From Gracilinanus agilis (taxonomy: Eukaryota): a stretch of DNA of 64,000 nt. Where the stretch lies: NCBI RefSeq assembly GCF_016433145.1, contig NC_058131.1, forward strand, positions 653,406,628 to 653,470,627, given 5' to 3'. Below, one piece after another: positions 11,905 through 25,764 of this stretch (positions are counted from its first letter, which is position 1; each line of letters opens with the position of its first letter). The notes under the pieces were generated by a model. That model was not told the origin of the DNA. It did not search any database and worked only from the letters and a program-made list of their open reading frames with translations. The translations under genes and the position numbers were made by a program.

Positions 11905-12899
11905 TCATGTATGTAATGTACTTTAAAAATGCCTTCTACATGTTGACTGTTATCATTACATTGAAGGCTAGTATGAACTTGCCAGAACCTAAACTCAAAC
12001 CTAGCACTTCAGTAAATCTCAGCTCTGCAACCTACAGGACTTGAGGCCAGTCAGCTCATTTCCTCGGACTTCATTTTCCTCATCTGTGAAATGACTGGAC
12101 TAAAAATTCCCTGCGAGGCATCTATCTCCAGATCTACGATCAGATAGTTATAACATTCATATCAGTCACAAAGAATGGGATTAGGAAAGCAGGATACCGC
12201 TCAGGAAAGCCAACTCCACTGATCTGTTCAGAGAAACAACTGGTTTGACTGCTTTGCTGATCCGATCAATACTTTCACAGAATTAACCTAATCTCCTTGT
12301 GGAGACAGACAGACTCTCCTTCTTCAGTTAGCATAATAGAGAGAGCAGTATTGCTGACCCAGGGGGGCTTGCGCCACAGAGCTGGGGAGAAAGGGGAGGG
12401 GGAGAGAGATCATCAGTAATTATCCAGTGTACTGATGCAGAAGGGGCAATGGGAGGTTATTGGTGTTTTCTGCAAGCTGGCCCTTCTAATTCTGTTGTGG
12501 CAAAGTGAATGAACACAAGGGGAGAGGCAAGAAGCAAGGGAGGATACCCATGGCTGTGAAGCAGAGAAATTGCAGGTCTCCAGCGTCTGTAAGTATCCAG
12601 ACTTCTTTGTATATGTTTGGGTTCTGCTGATAGGTCACCTCTCTAGGCAAGAGAAACAGAAGGGTCATCTACTCTGAAGGCTGAGCACCCTGCAGTCAGA
12701 AGGCTCCCAGCTGTGGGTCGTTGTTAATTACTTCCTAGGCAATAAGCTGGATTTTCTTTGGCACTGGTAATCAATGGAGTAGGTGTGGCTAGAGAACAGC
12801 CCCTGGTTATTAATGCCCAAACTACTCAGGCTGCAGGGGGTCAGTGGTATGTCAGCCTTAGCTCGTTCTACTTACTAAGGTTTGAGATGTGGGAGAATT

Positions 12900-13165
12900 A
12901 ATGCTTAACCTTTCTTGAGCGCATCACGACTCCTTTCACCATCTAGGGAAGCCTGTTGACCTCTTTTCAGAACAATGTTTTTAAATACACAAAATAAAAT
13001 GCTATTTTATTTTAGATTACACAAGAAACTCATGATATTGAAATAAGTATTGAAAAAAAATTTTAATCACAAGTTCATGGACCCATGAAATAATAGATAA
13101 TAGATAATTGATAATAATAGATTATTGGGTATTTGTGGGTCCATAGAAAGCAGATTAAGATCCCT
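12900..13165 (-). mobile_element. Old hAT/Charlie (Charlie4-like) DNA transposon remnant
   Basis: gcttaacctttct...cagaacaatgtttttaaatac...cacaagttcatggaccc. Related copies at about 10670-10830, 28693-28902, 31508-31700 and 52685-52905. Confidence 0.6.
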
Positions 13166-14959
13166 TACTTTGCACTGTAAAGGTCAGAGACCCCAGAGAG
13201 AGAGCCTAACCTGATCTGAAAGATGTGAGTTTGAATGCTGCCACTGACAGATACTAGCTGTGTGACCATAGGAAAATTACTTAACTTCTCTGTGAGTTCT
13301 GGTTTCTACTCCTGAAAGGATCTCAGTCCAACCTTACAGAGTTGCCCTGAGTCTCTGATGATATTTTGAAAACTTGAAAGTACTATATATGACTTATCAT
13401 TATTATTGTTATTGTGATCATCTTGTTCTACCTACATTTTGAAAAACGTTTACTCTGTGAGAAAGAAGAAAATTAAGTTTGCTTTCTGTGCTCCTAGAGA
13501 TTACCACATAGCTCCCAGGATCGAAAGGGACACGGTCCACTTTCTCTGCCCGTGTTTACATTGCCTTTAGATGCTCGTTCAAGAAAATTAACTGTATGAC
13601 TCTGAGAAAATACCCTAGAGTTAGTTTGGATGCAAAATGATGTTTACAGAATATCAGGGAAGGATGAAGAATGTGGAATGCAAACACAGATGTGTGCAAC
13701 TGAGTTCCTAAGTCCCAGAGCTCTGATCTCCAGCTAATATTACTGCCAACCTGCTGGACACAGGAAATGAGCTAACTTGTTTTGTAGTTTAAATACAATT
13801 GTATCCAGGAAAATGACGATGGAAAACATGTCTTCCTCTCCTCCAATATTTCTTCTTCTCATGAGTCTTCCAGACACATCTGCTGAGTTGATGATGGAAA
13901 CACGTTTTTTCCTCCCTGTTGGAAAGGCTTTGGCAATGGAAATGTGAACCTGGCTTCAGAAAGCCTCTGTACCATATCCATCCTGCCAGAGAAACTCTTA
14001 GATATGAGGGTCTAATAACTAGAAGGGATGTAAGAGGCAGATGGTCTATGCAGGACTGTCAGCTTCCAGGCTGCACATTCAGCTCTTAGAAGCTGGAAAG
14101 GTAATTTCTTAAAGAGAAAGAAATGCTCTAAAATAGATGAACAAAGAACCAGTAACATTGTGCTTATCGGTTCTTAACCATTCGGTGTTATCAGGTTGTA
14201 GGGTGCCTTGTTCTGTCTTCTCTTACCATGAACTGACTATAATATCCCACAGTCTAGGAAACCAGGCAATGATTGATTGGCGAACAAACTATAGCGAGTT
14301 TATTGATTAAAACTAATTGCTAATGTGCCCACAGAAAATTAAATTTATAATTGATATTGAATTACAATGTCTTCATTGATCATGGCTTACCAGTAAAGAC
14401 TGTCACGTGGTACACTAATACCTCAAATCTAGCATCTCCTAAAACCACACTTATTGCTTTTCTCCCTAAATATGTTCCTCACTCCCTCATTGGTACTGCC
14501 AGTTTCACCACCCAATCTCCCACATTTGAAATCTTGGCATTTTTCTTATTCTTCATTTTCTTTCCCATCATATTAGTGAGGTCTCTCAGTTATATAATAT
14601 CTCCATCCATTTCTTCCTCAATCTCCAGTGCCCAAGCTGTAACTAAGAGAAGTTTATTGGGATTTTGTCCCAGGGCAACAAAACTTAGAGAATGGCACTT
14701 AAATCTCTATAGCAGCATAGAAAGAGGTGAGTTTGACATCTATTTAGCAAGAAGAATTTGTTAAGAAAGGAAGTTTCTTGTTGGCACCTCTCCACCAAAG
14801 CCTTTACGGGCATAGTTTGTGCAACCTAGCCCCAAGTATGTTTTGTACTACTTGACCCAGCTACAAAAATTGCTAGTTATAGCTCTGGTTACTGCTATCA
14901 CCCTAGTATGGAAATTGTCATTACCAGTCCACTAGGTGACTGACTAATTGTTGTCCTCT

Positions 14960-15800
14960 GAATGTAGCCTGTAGTTTTTCTTGGTCCATGTCTTTGATCA
15001 TCCTGTTCTCCATCCTGAAATGTTCTCTTTCCCTAGTTGGTCTGCTGAATTATTTCCTTCTCAGAGTTTCCATGGAGCTTTGATTTCACAGAAATCAGCA
15101 TTCCAAATAGACAAGAAAATCAAAACCTTTCCATGTCTGCTAATTCTGGCCATTCTCATATCAATAGACCTTAGAAAATCTCACTATTCTAGAAGCCTTC
15201 CACTTATTCTTATATTTTCCATCTGGCACTAGCATGGTTGGGTCTTCCATCCTTTCCTTTTTCTTTCTGCTTACCTCCTTTTCTGATAAGTTGAAATGAT
15301 AGCTTTTATGCCACTTCTTAAATGTAAGTCACCATTGATATGCCATGGCCTGCTTTCCAAACCCAACATGGGTTTTCATTCCATTATCATTCCAATCCAT
15401 TTTTGGGTGACTTGCAACTTGGATTCCTCAGGGATTCTATAATTTGTGATGGTTGTATAATATGTAACCTATCCCAGAAAAACTGTTGTGTCAAAAATCT
15501 AAATCCTTTTTTGCAAGGGAACAGCATAAAAATTCCAGAATCATTAAAAAAAACTCTATATGGTTTCTCAAATATAGCGCAGCCCACTCTTTTCTTCCTG
15601 CTGAATTCTGGACTCATACTGTTCTTCAGCAGCGCCTGCCTTAGATATATGTACGAACTCAATATACTGGCCATCTACACATATAGCAGTATTTTAAAAA
15701 ATGAATTTTTCATCCTCTTAGCTTTTGCCTCATAGAATCTCATCTTGATCTCTTTAAAACTGACATGTATATCATTGAGAAAACTCTGTGGCTTGTTGAG
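14960..15800 (-). mobile_element. Decayed RTE-clade LINE fragment, antisense
   Basis: Minus-strand remnants GKAKRMKNS, DGQYIEFVH, YIYLRQAL..NSMSPEFSRKKRVG..FEK and EESKLQVTQ follow the RTE RT C-terminal order. Overlaps the region homologous to 5955-6545. Confidence 0.72.
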
Positions 15801-15864
15801 TTCAGCAGACTATTATCTGCAAGAAAAGGAATCTGCAGCACCTCACTATCTACAAGGCAATCAA

Positions 15865-17520
15865 TGAAATGAAAAACATTAAGCATTTACTATGTGCTAG
15901 ACACTGTACAATTAAGTAGGGATATGAAGAAAGAGCAAAAAGTAGTCTCTTCTTATAAGCTTACATTCTAATGGCGGAGACAGCATATGCATAAATAGGT
16001 ACATACAAGATATAAAGTAGATAGAAGGTAGTAGCTGGGGAAACTAGGAAAGATCTCCTGTAAGAAGTAGAATTTGAGTTGCATCTTAAAGGAAATCAGG
16101 GAAACTAAGATCTGGAGGTTAGGAGGCTTGGGAAAGAGTCAATTCAAAAACATACAGAAAAGAAATAATTTATAGTGTGTGAAGAACTGTAAGCCATCCA
16201 ATATGGCGGGACAATTGAATATACGAAGGGGAGAAGTATGTTAAAAGACTGAAAAGATAGGAAGGGGATAGGGTGCGAAGAGCTTTAAATGCCAATTAGT
16301 GGAGTTTATATTTGATCCTAGTGGTAACAGGAATTCAGTGGAGTTTATCAAACATGGGATGACAAGGTCAGATCTGTGCATTAGGTAAATCTCTTTAGTG
16401 GTTGTGTGGGAGGATGAATTGGACTAGGGAGAAAGCAATGAAACGTTAGTGAAATAATCCAGGAAAGAGGTGATAAGCGCCTAACCTAGGGGAGTAGCTG
16501 TGTGATTGAGGAGTATTCAAGAGGTGTTACAGAGAAAGAATTTACAAGATTTGACAATTGATTAGATATTGGGAGTAAATGAAAGGGATGAGTCAAGAGT
16601 GACACCAAGATTGCCAGCTGGGGTGATCTGAAGGATAGTTGTGCCCTTGAAAGTAAAGGCAAGTATCCAAGAGGCTTTCAGGAAATAGGAGAGCTAGTTC
16701 TGTTTTAGACACATTAAATATGAGATGTCTACAGAGATTCAGTTTGAAATGTCTACTGGTGGGGAATGTGGTAACTAGGTGTCAGTGGATAGAGTACCAG
16801 GCATTGAGTCAGGAAGTCTCATCTTCCTGAGTTTGAATCCAGCCTCAGAATCTTAATAGCTGTGGGATCTTTGGCAAGTCACTTAACCTGGTTTCCCTCA
16901 GTTTCCTCATCTTTAAAACGAGCTAGAGAAGGAGACAGCAAATCACTCCGGTATCTTTGCCAAGAAAACTCCAAATGAGGTCTTGAAAAATAGGACATGA
17001 CTAAAACAAATGAACAGTGTAGGCAAGTGGCTCACAAAAGAGATTAGGGCTGGATGAATAAATATTGGAGTGCTCTGTATAGAAGCAATAATTGATGCCA
17101 TAGGAGCTGATTATAATATCAGGCAATAGAATATAGAGAAAAAATAAGTTCAGGAACTAGCCTTTGGGAAGATCCATAGTTAGTGGCTGTGATTGGGATG
17201 ACCATCCATCAACTTCAATGAGTGTTAAGACAGACAGGAGGAGAATGAAAAGAGCAGAGTCACAAAAACAAAGAGAGGGGAGGGAGAAATGAACAACAAT
17301 GTCAAATCCTGCAGAGATCATCAAGAAGGATGAGGACTAAAAGGAGGTCATTAGATTTAGAAATTAAAAGATGATTGATTGCTTTCAAAAGGGAGTTTGC
17401 AATTGAATAGTCAGGCTACAGAGGACTTAGAAGAAGATGAGAGGAGCAGAAGTAGAAGAGGAAGCATCCAATGTGGATGACTTACTCAAGGATGTTTGCA
17501 GAGAAGGTGAGAAGAGACAG
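15865..17520 (-). mobile_element. Long antisense L2 fragment interrupted by a MAR1 SINE
   Basis: Starts with the reverse L2 terminus (aaacattaagcatttactatgtgctagacactgt) and continues as purine-rich L2 body. MAR1 (+) at about 16770-17016. Confidence 0.72.
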
Positions 17521-19164
17521 AGGACAGGTTGATAGACCACTTCCTTCCTCATTCCCTGACTATACTTGACTACAACAAACTCTTCTGTAACATCTTTCCC
17601 AACTGATTTGGCCTAAGGAATTAGAACTCTTAGTTATTCCTTTGGTGGCAAAGTTTATAATTGGATCAATCATAGAATCAGACTATTAAATGTATCTTTC
17701 TGATATGTGTTTTAAGAAAACAAGAAAGTTTTAAATCAGAGGATTTAGATCTAGAATAAACTTTAAAAATTGTCAACACCCTCATTTTAGAGATGAGTTT
17801 AATTGATTTGTCAGACTTTAACTGATTTTCCCAGGTTGTGAATTTCTGAGGCAAGATTTGAACTGAGGTTTTGTTAACTTCAAGTCTAGTATTCTATCCA
17901 CTCTTCTGGTTGAGGAAAAAAATAAGGCACTGTCTCCTAGCTGTGTGACCATGGGCAAATCACTTAATCCCAAGTGCCTAGCCCTTGCTACTCTTTTGCC
18001 TTAGAATTGATACTAGGATAGTAGGTAAGGGTTTTACAAAAAGAAAGACAACAAAGCACTGTGATTCAACTAAGATAAAAAATATAGTCAACAAAAGACT
18101 AACTAAGAGATCTGAGCATAGTTCTGTGCATGAAATTGTGGTCAAAGAAGTTTCTCATTTGAAGCTTTACTGGTAATCATGGCTGGGGTGTTAGAAGTGG
18201 AGAGACACTGGAAATGGTGAGATTTTAGCTAAGACTTAAAGGAAGTCAGGGAAACAAGGTGACTGAGATGAGTAGAGTGAACATTCCAGGCAGGAAGGAT
18301 ATTCAGTAGAAAGACACAGAGTGAGATATGAGATGTCATGTTTGCCAAACGGTAATCATCAGTTGACTATCACTCAATCAGAGAATACATGGAAGGAAGT
18401 AAAGTACAAGAATACTGAAAAAGGAGGAAGAGGCCAAGTTGTGAAGAGCTTTAAGTGAACACAGGGACTATTTTATATTTGAGCCTGGAGGTAACAGGGA
18501 GTCATTGGAATTTATTGTGTAGAAAGGATGAGGGTGACATGTTTAGAGCTGGGCTAGGAAAAGGTGTCACTAATAACCAAATTTAAATAGTTTTTCTTTG
18601 ATCCCTGAATAACCTCATAATTCAAGGTAAGGATAGTTTCTATAACATCTTCAGTTAAAATGGCAAATGGTACCTTTTGTACCATTTTGTCAAAGGGACA
18701 GGCAACTCTCTCAGGTCCCTGTTATATGGGGAACTCAGATGAACAAAAGTGGAACCCTGAAACCTAACATGTTCATTTGTTCAGAGGTTGGAGGGATTGT
18801 GGAAAATGCATTTCAGAAAACCTTAGGATGTAAATCATCATGTGCATTTGCAGACTCCCAGGATAACATCCCAGTCTGAAAGGAGGGATTTGCTCTCTTG
18901 CTGCAAATTGCATTAACTTTATGAAACTATCTCATTTGAACTCTTCCAGTGAGCGCCTTCCATTAACTCACATCCCGCTTTTAAATCAATCTTCCAGCCT
19001 CCACCCTATTCCTTTAAATCAATCCAGCATGCTCCAGCCCACAATGCTTCCCTTGATCTAAGATCACATTGATTTTTAGAAATCAATCATGTTTCAGTAT
19101 TCTTAGCAGCCACTCCTCTATCCTTTCTTTCCTGCACATCATTTTTCTTTTTAAAGTAGCAGAA

Positions 19165-19860
19165 ATATTTTAATTTTATTTTTTCAGATTTTATTATTTT
19201 TCCCAATTCCATGTAATAACAATTCTGCACACAAATTTTCTTAAGTTATATGATCCAAATTGTCTCCCTTCCTCCTTCCCTTCCCTGAGCTGGCAAGCAA
19301 TTCAGTTAGGATTATACATGTATTATCATGCAAAACATTTCTGTATTGTTCATTTGGGGAGTGAATAACCTTATAAAACAAAAAACCCCCAAACATATAT
19401 ACAAATAAACAAGTAACAAATCATATGCTTTCATCTACAGTCTGACTTCCACTTTCTTTGCAGATGGATAGCATTCTTTGTCGTTAAGACCCTCAGAATT
19501 GTCCTGGATCATTGTGTTGCTGAGAGTAGCAAAGTGTGTCACATTTGATCATTCCACAATATTGCCACTACTGTGTACAATGTTCCCTTGGTTCTGCTTA
19601 TTTCATTATGCATCATTTCATGTAGCTCTTTTCAGCCTCTGCTCACCATTCCGTACAGCACAATAGTATTTCATCACCATCATGTATCACAATTTATTCA
19701 TTCCCCAATTGAGGGACATCTCTCTTGCTTTCGACTCTTTGCCACAACAAAAAGAGCAGCTATAAATATTTTTTGTGCAAGCAGGTCCTTTCCCATTTTT
19801 TTTTCATTTCTTTGGGATACAGACCTCGTAGTGGCATTACTGGATCAAAGGGTAATGCAC
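19165..19860 (-). mobile_element. L1 LINE 3' UTR fragment
   Basis: tcccaattccatgtaataacaattc...gatccaaattgtctccc...tccccaattgagggacatc...gccacaacaaaaagagcagctataaatatttt...gatcaaagggtaatgcaca is the marsupial L1 3' end in reverse. Confidence 0.85.
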
Positions 19861-20227
19861 ATCATTTTTCTAGTGAATATGTGTAGAACTTGCATTTGGA
19901 CACACATGCAGGCATGCTTACATGTGGACACAACAGAGTGTTCGATACATCGTAGGGGCTTAACAAAAGTTTGCTGATTGAAGTAATTTCAGAAATAGTC
20001 CCTTAAAAATAATAAATTCCAAGATATTGCTCTCACTCTTTCAATCCCCTGAGCCATTCTCCATCACCAAGCTTCTCTTCAGTAATGACACATCCCTTTC
20101 ATAGCTCCAATGACTCAGAGCAATTTCCATGTCTGAAATGTCATGCATGTTCCTTTTGGTGTCTGGTGGATTATAGGTGAAAGAAGAACTGGGTTGAGAG
20201 AGCAAAAGATCAGAGATTTAGAGCTCC

Positions 20228-20460
20228 TAGTTGTTGTTCATTCTTATCAGTCATGTCTAATTATTCATGATCCCATTTAAGATCTTCTTGGCAAAGATAC
20301 TGGAGTGGTTTGCATTTCCCTCTCCAGCTCATTTTATACATGAGGAAACTGAGGCAGCGTTAAGTAACTTGGTCCCAGCTAATAAGTGTCTGAGGCCAGA
20401 TTTGAATTTAGGAAAATGAGTCTTCCTGACTTCAGGTCTGGTTCTCTTTTCACTTTGCTA
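20228..20460 (-). mobile_element. MAR1-type SINE
   Basis: ttcttggcaaagatactggagtggtttgc...aggaaaatgagtcttcctgact. Confidence 0.88.
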
Positions 20461-21655
20461 TTTAAAATGTCCCCTAAAAGTCCATCTAATCATCCAATCT
20501 AATGCCTTTATTTTACAAGCGAAGAGACTGAGACTCCAAGATCACATAGGTACTCAGGAGCAGAGACAAGATTTAGAACCAGATGTTCTAATTCCAAGTC
20601 CATAAGGATAGGGATTCAGAGGCAAAAGCATTACAGAATGAGCATCTCCCCCCGCCCCATTCAGAAGTATCAATGCCACATGTAGTTGTTTCCTTGCTCT
20701 GAAGAACAGATCCCTGACAAAATCCAATCCATAGTTTCCCATATGGTTTACTTTCTGACACAGTAAGAGGAGAATTAGTATTTGGGGTGAATCTGGGAGG
20801 AGTGATAATGATAAGGAAGAAGGAGAGGAATGACTGGCATCTATATAGTTCTTAAAGGCTTTTTCTTCTCACAACAATGCTGTTACATTGATGTTATTTT
20901 AAGGCATATTTCATATATAAGGATTAAGATGCAAAGAAGGCAAGTGACTTGTCCGTGGCCATACGCCTAGCGATTCTGGTCCCACTTTCACTATTGATTA
21001 GCCGGAAGAACTTAAACTAATCTTTTAAGATCTTTGTCCCTTCTTTCCTTCATCTGTCCAATCATATTATTCAACCTTCTTCCTCTTGGCATTTTTCTGA
21101 CATTTATATTAAATAATGGTCAGGAAATCAACCATTCATTCATCAGACACTTACAAAGTACAGACCATGTGCTAGACACCCTGATAAGATAAAAACACAA
21201 AAATAAAAAAGGCCCCTCATCCCAAGGATCTTGGATTCCAGGGATTGGGGAATCGGAAATGATGTATACTTGGATAAATATATTCAAAGTAAATACAAAA
21301 TAATATCCGTGTGGGGGGATAACCATTGGAAGCCTCAGGAAAGTTCTTGTATAGGGGGTAATGCTTGAATATACTCAATCTTGTCAAGTTAGTAATGCGT
21401 GCATTAATATCTCCATTTGACACAGTCACACAGAAAGTTTGCGACTGTGCCTAAAAGGAGGTTAGGGATTCTAAAAGGCAGAGATAAGGAAGGAGTGCAT
21501 TTTTGTCAAGAGGACAGATTTATAAAGGCATGAAGACAGGAAATGAATGTCATATGTAGGGAACAGAAAATAGGCCAATTTGGTTGGAATATAGGGTGTG
21601 TGAGAGAAAATGAATGAAGTAGAATCAGTCTGGAAAGATAAGTTAGTGTTAGGTC

Positions 21656-21809
21656 NNNNNNNNNNNNNNNNNNNNNNNNNNNNNNNNNNNNNNNNNNNNN
21701 NNNNNNNNNNNNNNNNNNNNNNNNNNNNNNNNNNNNNNNNNNNNNNNNNNNNNNNNNNNNNNNNNNNNNNNNNNNNNNNNNNNNNNNNNNNNNNNNNNNN
21801 NNNNNNNNN
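21656..21809. other. Assembly gap (154 N)
   Basis: Run of N. Confidence 1.
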
Positions 21810-21832
21810 CTTTATCCGAGAGGTAATAGAGA

Positions 21833-22074
21833 GGGCAGCTAGGTAGTACAGTGGATAGAGCACTGGGCCTAGAGTCGAATCTGAGTTCAAATCTGACCTC
21901 AGACACTAGCTTTGGGACCCTGGGCAAGTCACTTCACCCTGGTTGCCTCAGTTTCCTCATCTGTAAAATGAGCTGGAGAAGGAAATGGCAAACCACTACA
22001 GGATCTTTGCCAAGAAAACCTCAAAATGGAGTCACAGAGAGTCTGACATGACTGAAATGTCCAAACAGCAACAA
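21833..22074 (+). mobile_element. MAR1-type SINE within an antisense L2 region
   Basis: gggcagctaggtagtacagtggatagagcactgggcc...gagctggagaaggaaatggcaaaccac...ttgccaagaaaacc. Confidence 0.92.
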
Positions 22075-24174
22075 TAGGGAGTCACTCATCGTTCTTAATC
22101 TGAGATTGCCATGAAGAGTCTTGTTTTTAGGGGCATATATTTGGCAGTAGAGTGGAGGATGGGTTGGGGAGGGAAGAGATTTAAGGCAGGAAAGTCAATT
22201 AGGAGATAAATGCAATAGTCAAAGCAAAAGATCACTTTACAACAATATGATTAAAGGGCAATATGAAGATGATGTCTGCATCTGTGATTTCACTGATGCA
22301 GAGAATTCCTTGGAGTAAGTGTATTCCCTCCAACAATGCAGGTCAACAACTGCTATATCACGTATAGTGTTAGAGGGCTTTCCAGGCACTCTCATTTTCC
22401 CAAATCTAAATGCCAACTTTATCCTTTTTGCCATATTGCTTCTCCATGGTTTCTCTGTGTATACTTTGATACGTGAGCCCCCTCCTAATAACCATGGAAT
22501 CATCCACATCTGAATCACTATTTCTGGCTGATTAAAGAAGATCTGGTTTTCCAGGCATATCTCTGCTTCATTCCTTTCCCTCTGAGCAACCAATGTCTCT
22601 CGTTTCCTTAAATGGAAACCAGGACATAAATCAGCATTATGTCCATAAACTCTCATGGCACCCTGTCCTGTCCTGTCACAAGGAATTGGGAGTTGTCTTC
22701 ATAATAATATGAGACTACACTAATGCCAGCAGTGAATGCTGGCCTCAGGGCAGGCTAACAGTGGATATATACATATATATAAGTATAAACATATTTACGT
22801 GTAAATATATATATGGGGTGGAGTATGGGTGTATATGTGTATGTGTGACTTTATCCTTTCCTGATGTCCCAATATTCCTTTTTGGTGTTTAGATTCTTCC
22901 TTAAGGCCAGAGATTTAACATCTTGTTGTTTGTTTTCAGATTATGTCTCACTTTTATAGCATTTCCTAAGAGGACCCAGGGTCCTGAGATAGGCCAAGAG
23001 GTCCAGAAATATTTATCCCACCATGTGCTCCTCCCCAACCTTTTTGTACTGGAGAAATCAAGGCAACATGAATGTCAATGGAAATAATGATACCTGAAAC
23101 TTACATGGCACTTTCAATTTTGCAAAGCACTTTCCAAAAACATGCCTCCGTTCTTTATCTAACATAATCAATGAATATATCTCTTTTCCCATTGACTCTG
23201 CATCACCAGGAAAGAAGTAGATGGAAGCTTCTCAGGAATGGCAATCTTTATCCTAGGGCATTTTTTTCTGCCCCTTTTCTTTCTCTTGTAACTTCTTTAC
23301 TTTTAGCATCACTAAGGATGATCCTTCCAATGATGTTTAGATTATTAGCCTCAAATTTTCTTGGACCAAAAGAGAAGTAAGGCCTTCTTTTGCCTTATAC
23401 CAGATGGTCTTGGATGGTAAGATCTATACTGTTCAAAAGGAGCCAGACCTGCCATAGTTCTTGTATAATAGCTGAGAACCCAATTTGGTACCCTTAATAT
23501 TGTAGAATATATAATGTTCCAAGAGAAATTGTGAGGGAATCCTTATAGCAAATCACTGCTCAGCTTTGCCATTCCCACCTAGTGTCCACTCTGCTTTCAG
23601 TGCTGATCAAGCAGTTTCCCTGGATGTCAGTTCAAGTATCCAAACCAAAACTGGAAGCCCTATGAGTGCCCTGTGTCTGGGATAAAGGCATCTTTTGGAT
23701 GCAAAATTCACCAATTTACTTAATTGAAAGGGGCCCTGCAGATGACAAGACCTTGTATAAGATAGGAACCCATACTGTTTCTTATCCTAATTAGCCCTAG
23801 TTCAAGATGCTCCGGTGTCCGATTGTCAAGAGTAAATGAGAGAATCACCTGGGGCATAACTATTAACTTGATTAATAATCATAATTATAGTTAGCATTTA
23901 TATATCAGTTTGATGTTTGTAAAATACATCACACACTTGTAATCTAATTTTATCCTTCATTAACCCTTTAGGTAGGTGCTATTATTGTCTCCATTTTAGA
24001 GACAAGGATGTTGAAATTTAATTTCAAATGATTTAAATTTAAATGATTTGCCCATAGTTACACAGATATTTTATATCTGTTGAAAGATTTAAACTCAAGT
24101 TTTTTGGACCCCAAGTCTGGTTTTCTATCCATTTGTCACCTAGTAAAAATTTTGCCTTATCCTTCTATCACTCT

Positions 24175-24362
24175 TCCATCATCCATTCATCCATCTGTTC
24201 ATCTTTCCCATCTATTCATTCCATCCATCCATCAACCATCTATCCATACAATCTATAAACCATCAATCATCTGTCTATCCATCTATTGATCCATCCATTC
24301 ATCTATCTACATTTTATCTATCTATCCATCCATCTAGCATCTATCTCTATCTATCTATCTAA
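24175..24362. repeat. Degenerate (TCCA)n/(TCTA)n tetranucleotide repeat
   Basis: Mixed ccat and ctat units. Confidence 0.92.
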
Positions 24363-25508
24363 TCTGGATAAAAAAAAGGTTCAGGAGTGGGAGTGTGGGA
24401 ATTGTAATGCAAAAGTCAATTTGCTTTGCAGTGAAGGTATTCAGGACTGGTATGGATTGTACCGAGCTATAGAATAGCCTGACAGAGCATTTGGAATTTG
24501 AGGACCTGAGTTCAAATGTTGACTTTGTCACCTACCACCATGTTTCTATGACCATCCTCATCTATGACATGTGAGATTTGGGGGAAATGTTCTCCTAAGG
24601 TTCCTTAAATTCCCAAATTTATGATCTTATGAAAGCAAAGCATAGGGATGGCAATAGGCTTCACTGAGAAAGAAGTACACCCCTAGTCCATTCACCCTGT
24701 GCCAGTTGCCACAAAAAGTACTCTCTCCTCTCCTAAAGACTTTCATGCTGAGCTTTAGGCTTTTTTTGCTTTTACCAAAAATTATCCTCAAAGTATCAGC
24801 TTTCAAATTTTAGGATGTAGATGAAGTTTGATATGAATCTTTTGTTTAAATATTTACAGAAGTGAAGTAATTGATTAAGAGGATGTGCTTAGGACAGGAA
24901 AAATGTTTATTAATAAATAATAACAGTGACAGTAGTTTTCCTTTCTTTTGTGGAGCTCATTTCTTTCATAAGTAATGCCCATTTGCTCCATTTTGTAAAT
25001 GTTAAATCAATTTGGAAGGTATGAGCAATACTTTCTTCCTACTCTAAAATGCTGTTTCTGTGGTTCTGCTTCAGGAACTGTTTTGAGATAATCAGTTGTC
25101 TTCTTAGAAACAATGGAATCACTGAGCTGCCCTGTACCAGAGAGTAACCTGCCCTGTAGTGGGGCCGGATCTCAGAGGTCACCCATCATCACAACGTTGT
25201 TTGTATTTACTGTGTGAGTTCAGGCCAGAAAACGTCCCTGTTTCCTTCCTTAAAGGTATACTGTAATTGAGGACAGGATGACACTCTAACTCCAGCGCCC
25301 TAACTTCCTCTTCCTCTTATCCAGATCCTGGCACCACATTTGGCAACCCATGTAGGGAACTACATGCTAATAAAGGAATTAATGCTATGGTTCAAGAAGT
25401 TTCAAGACTACCTTGAGTTCTCTCCCCCTTAAAATATGAGGGAAACAGCATCTTTCAATCAGTTCAGGGCACTGGACACTAATGGACTTAATATTCTGTT
25501 AGGTGTTA

Positions 25509-25764
25509 GGGGCAGCTAGGTGGCACAATGGATAGAGTACCAGGTCTTGAGTCAGGAAAACCTGAGTTCAAATTCCAATCTCAGACAGTTACTAACTATG
25601 TGACCCTGGGCAAGTTATTTTACCTTTTTTGCCTCGGTTTCTTCATCTGTAAAAACTAAGTTGAAGAAGAAACACCAATCCACTCCAGTATCTTGGCCAA
25701 GGAAAGCCCAAATGGGGTCATGAAGAATTGGATAGGACATGACTGAAAAGGACTGAATGACAAC
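25509..25764 (+). mobile_element. MAR1-type SINE
   Basis: ggggcagctaggtggcacaatggatagag...cactccagtatcttggccaagg...gactgaatgacaac. Confidence 0.9.

Noticed and set aside
13813-13917. Degenerate direct repeat gatggaaa-ca-g-ttcctc about 75 bp apart
   Set aside because: Only two loose copies with low information content.
14041-14106. ATG...AAG|GTAATT mini-exon candidate (MVYAGLSASRLHIQLLEAGK)
   Set aside because: Phase 0, incompatible with the phase-1 exon, no similarity to known ARHGAP22 N-termini, and such donor-like motifs are frequent.
14351-14764. 137-aa ORF with a hydrophobic middle
   Set aside because: Overlaps L2-like, T-rich sequence, starts at a non-ATG codon and has no recognisable domain or splice support.
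15340-15735. 131-aa (+) and 95-aa (-) ORFs
   Set aside because: Antisense and sense readings of a decayed RTE LINE.
18661-18692. Short hairpins here and at about 9341-9365, 26284-26318, 35397-35410 and 7072-7089
   Set aside because: Stems of 7-13 bp are at chance level in AT-rich DNA and too short for pre-miRNA.
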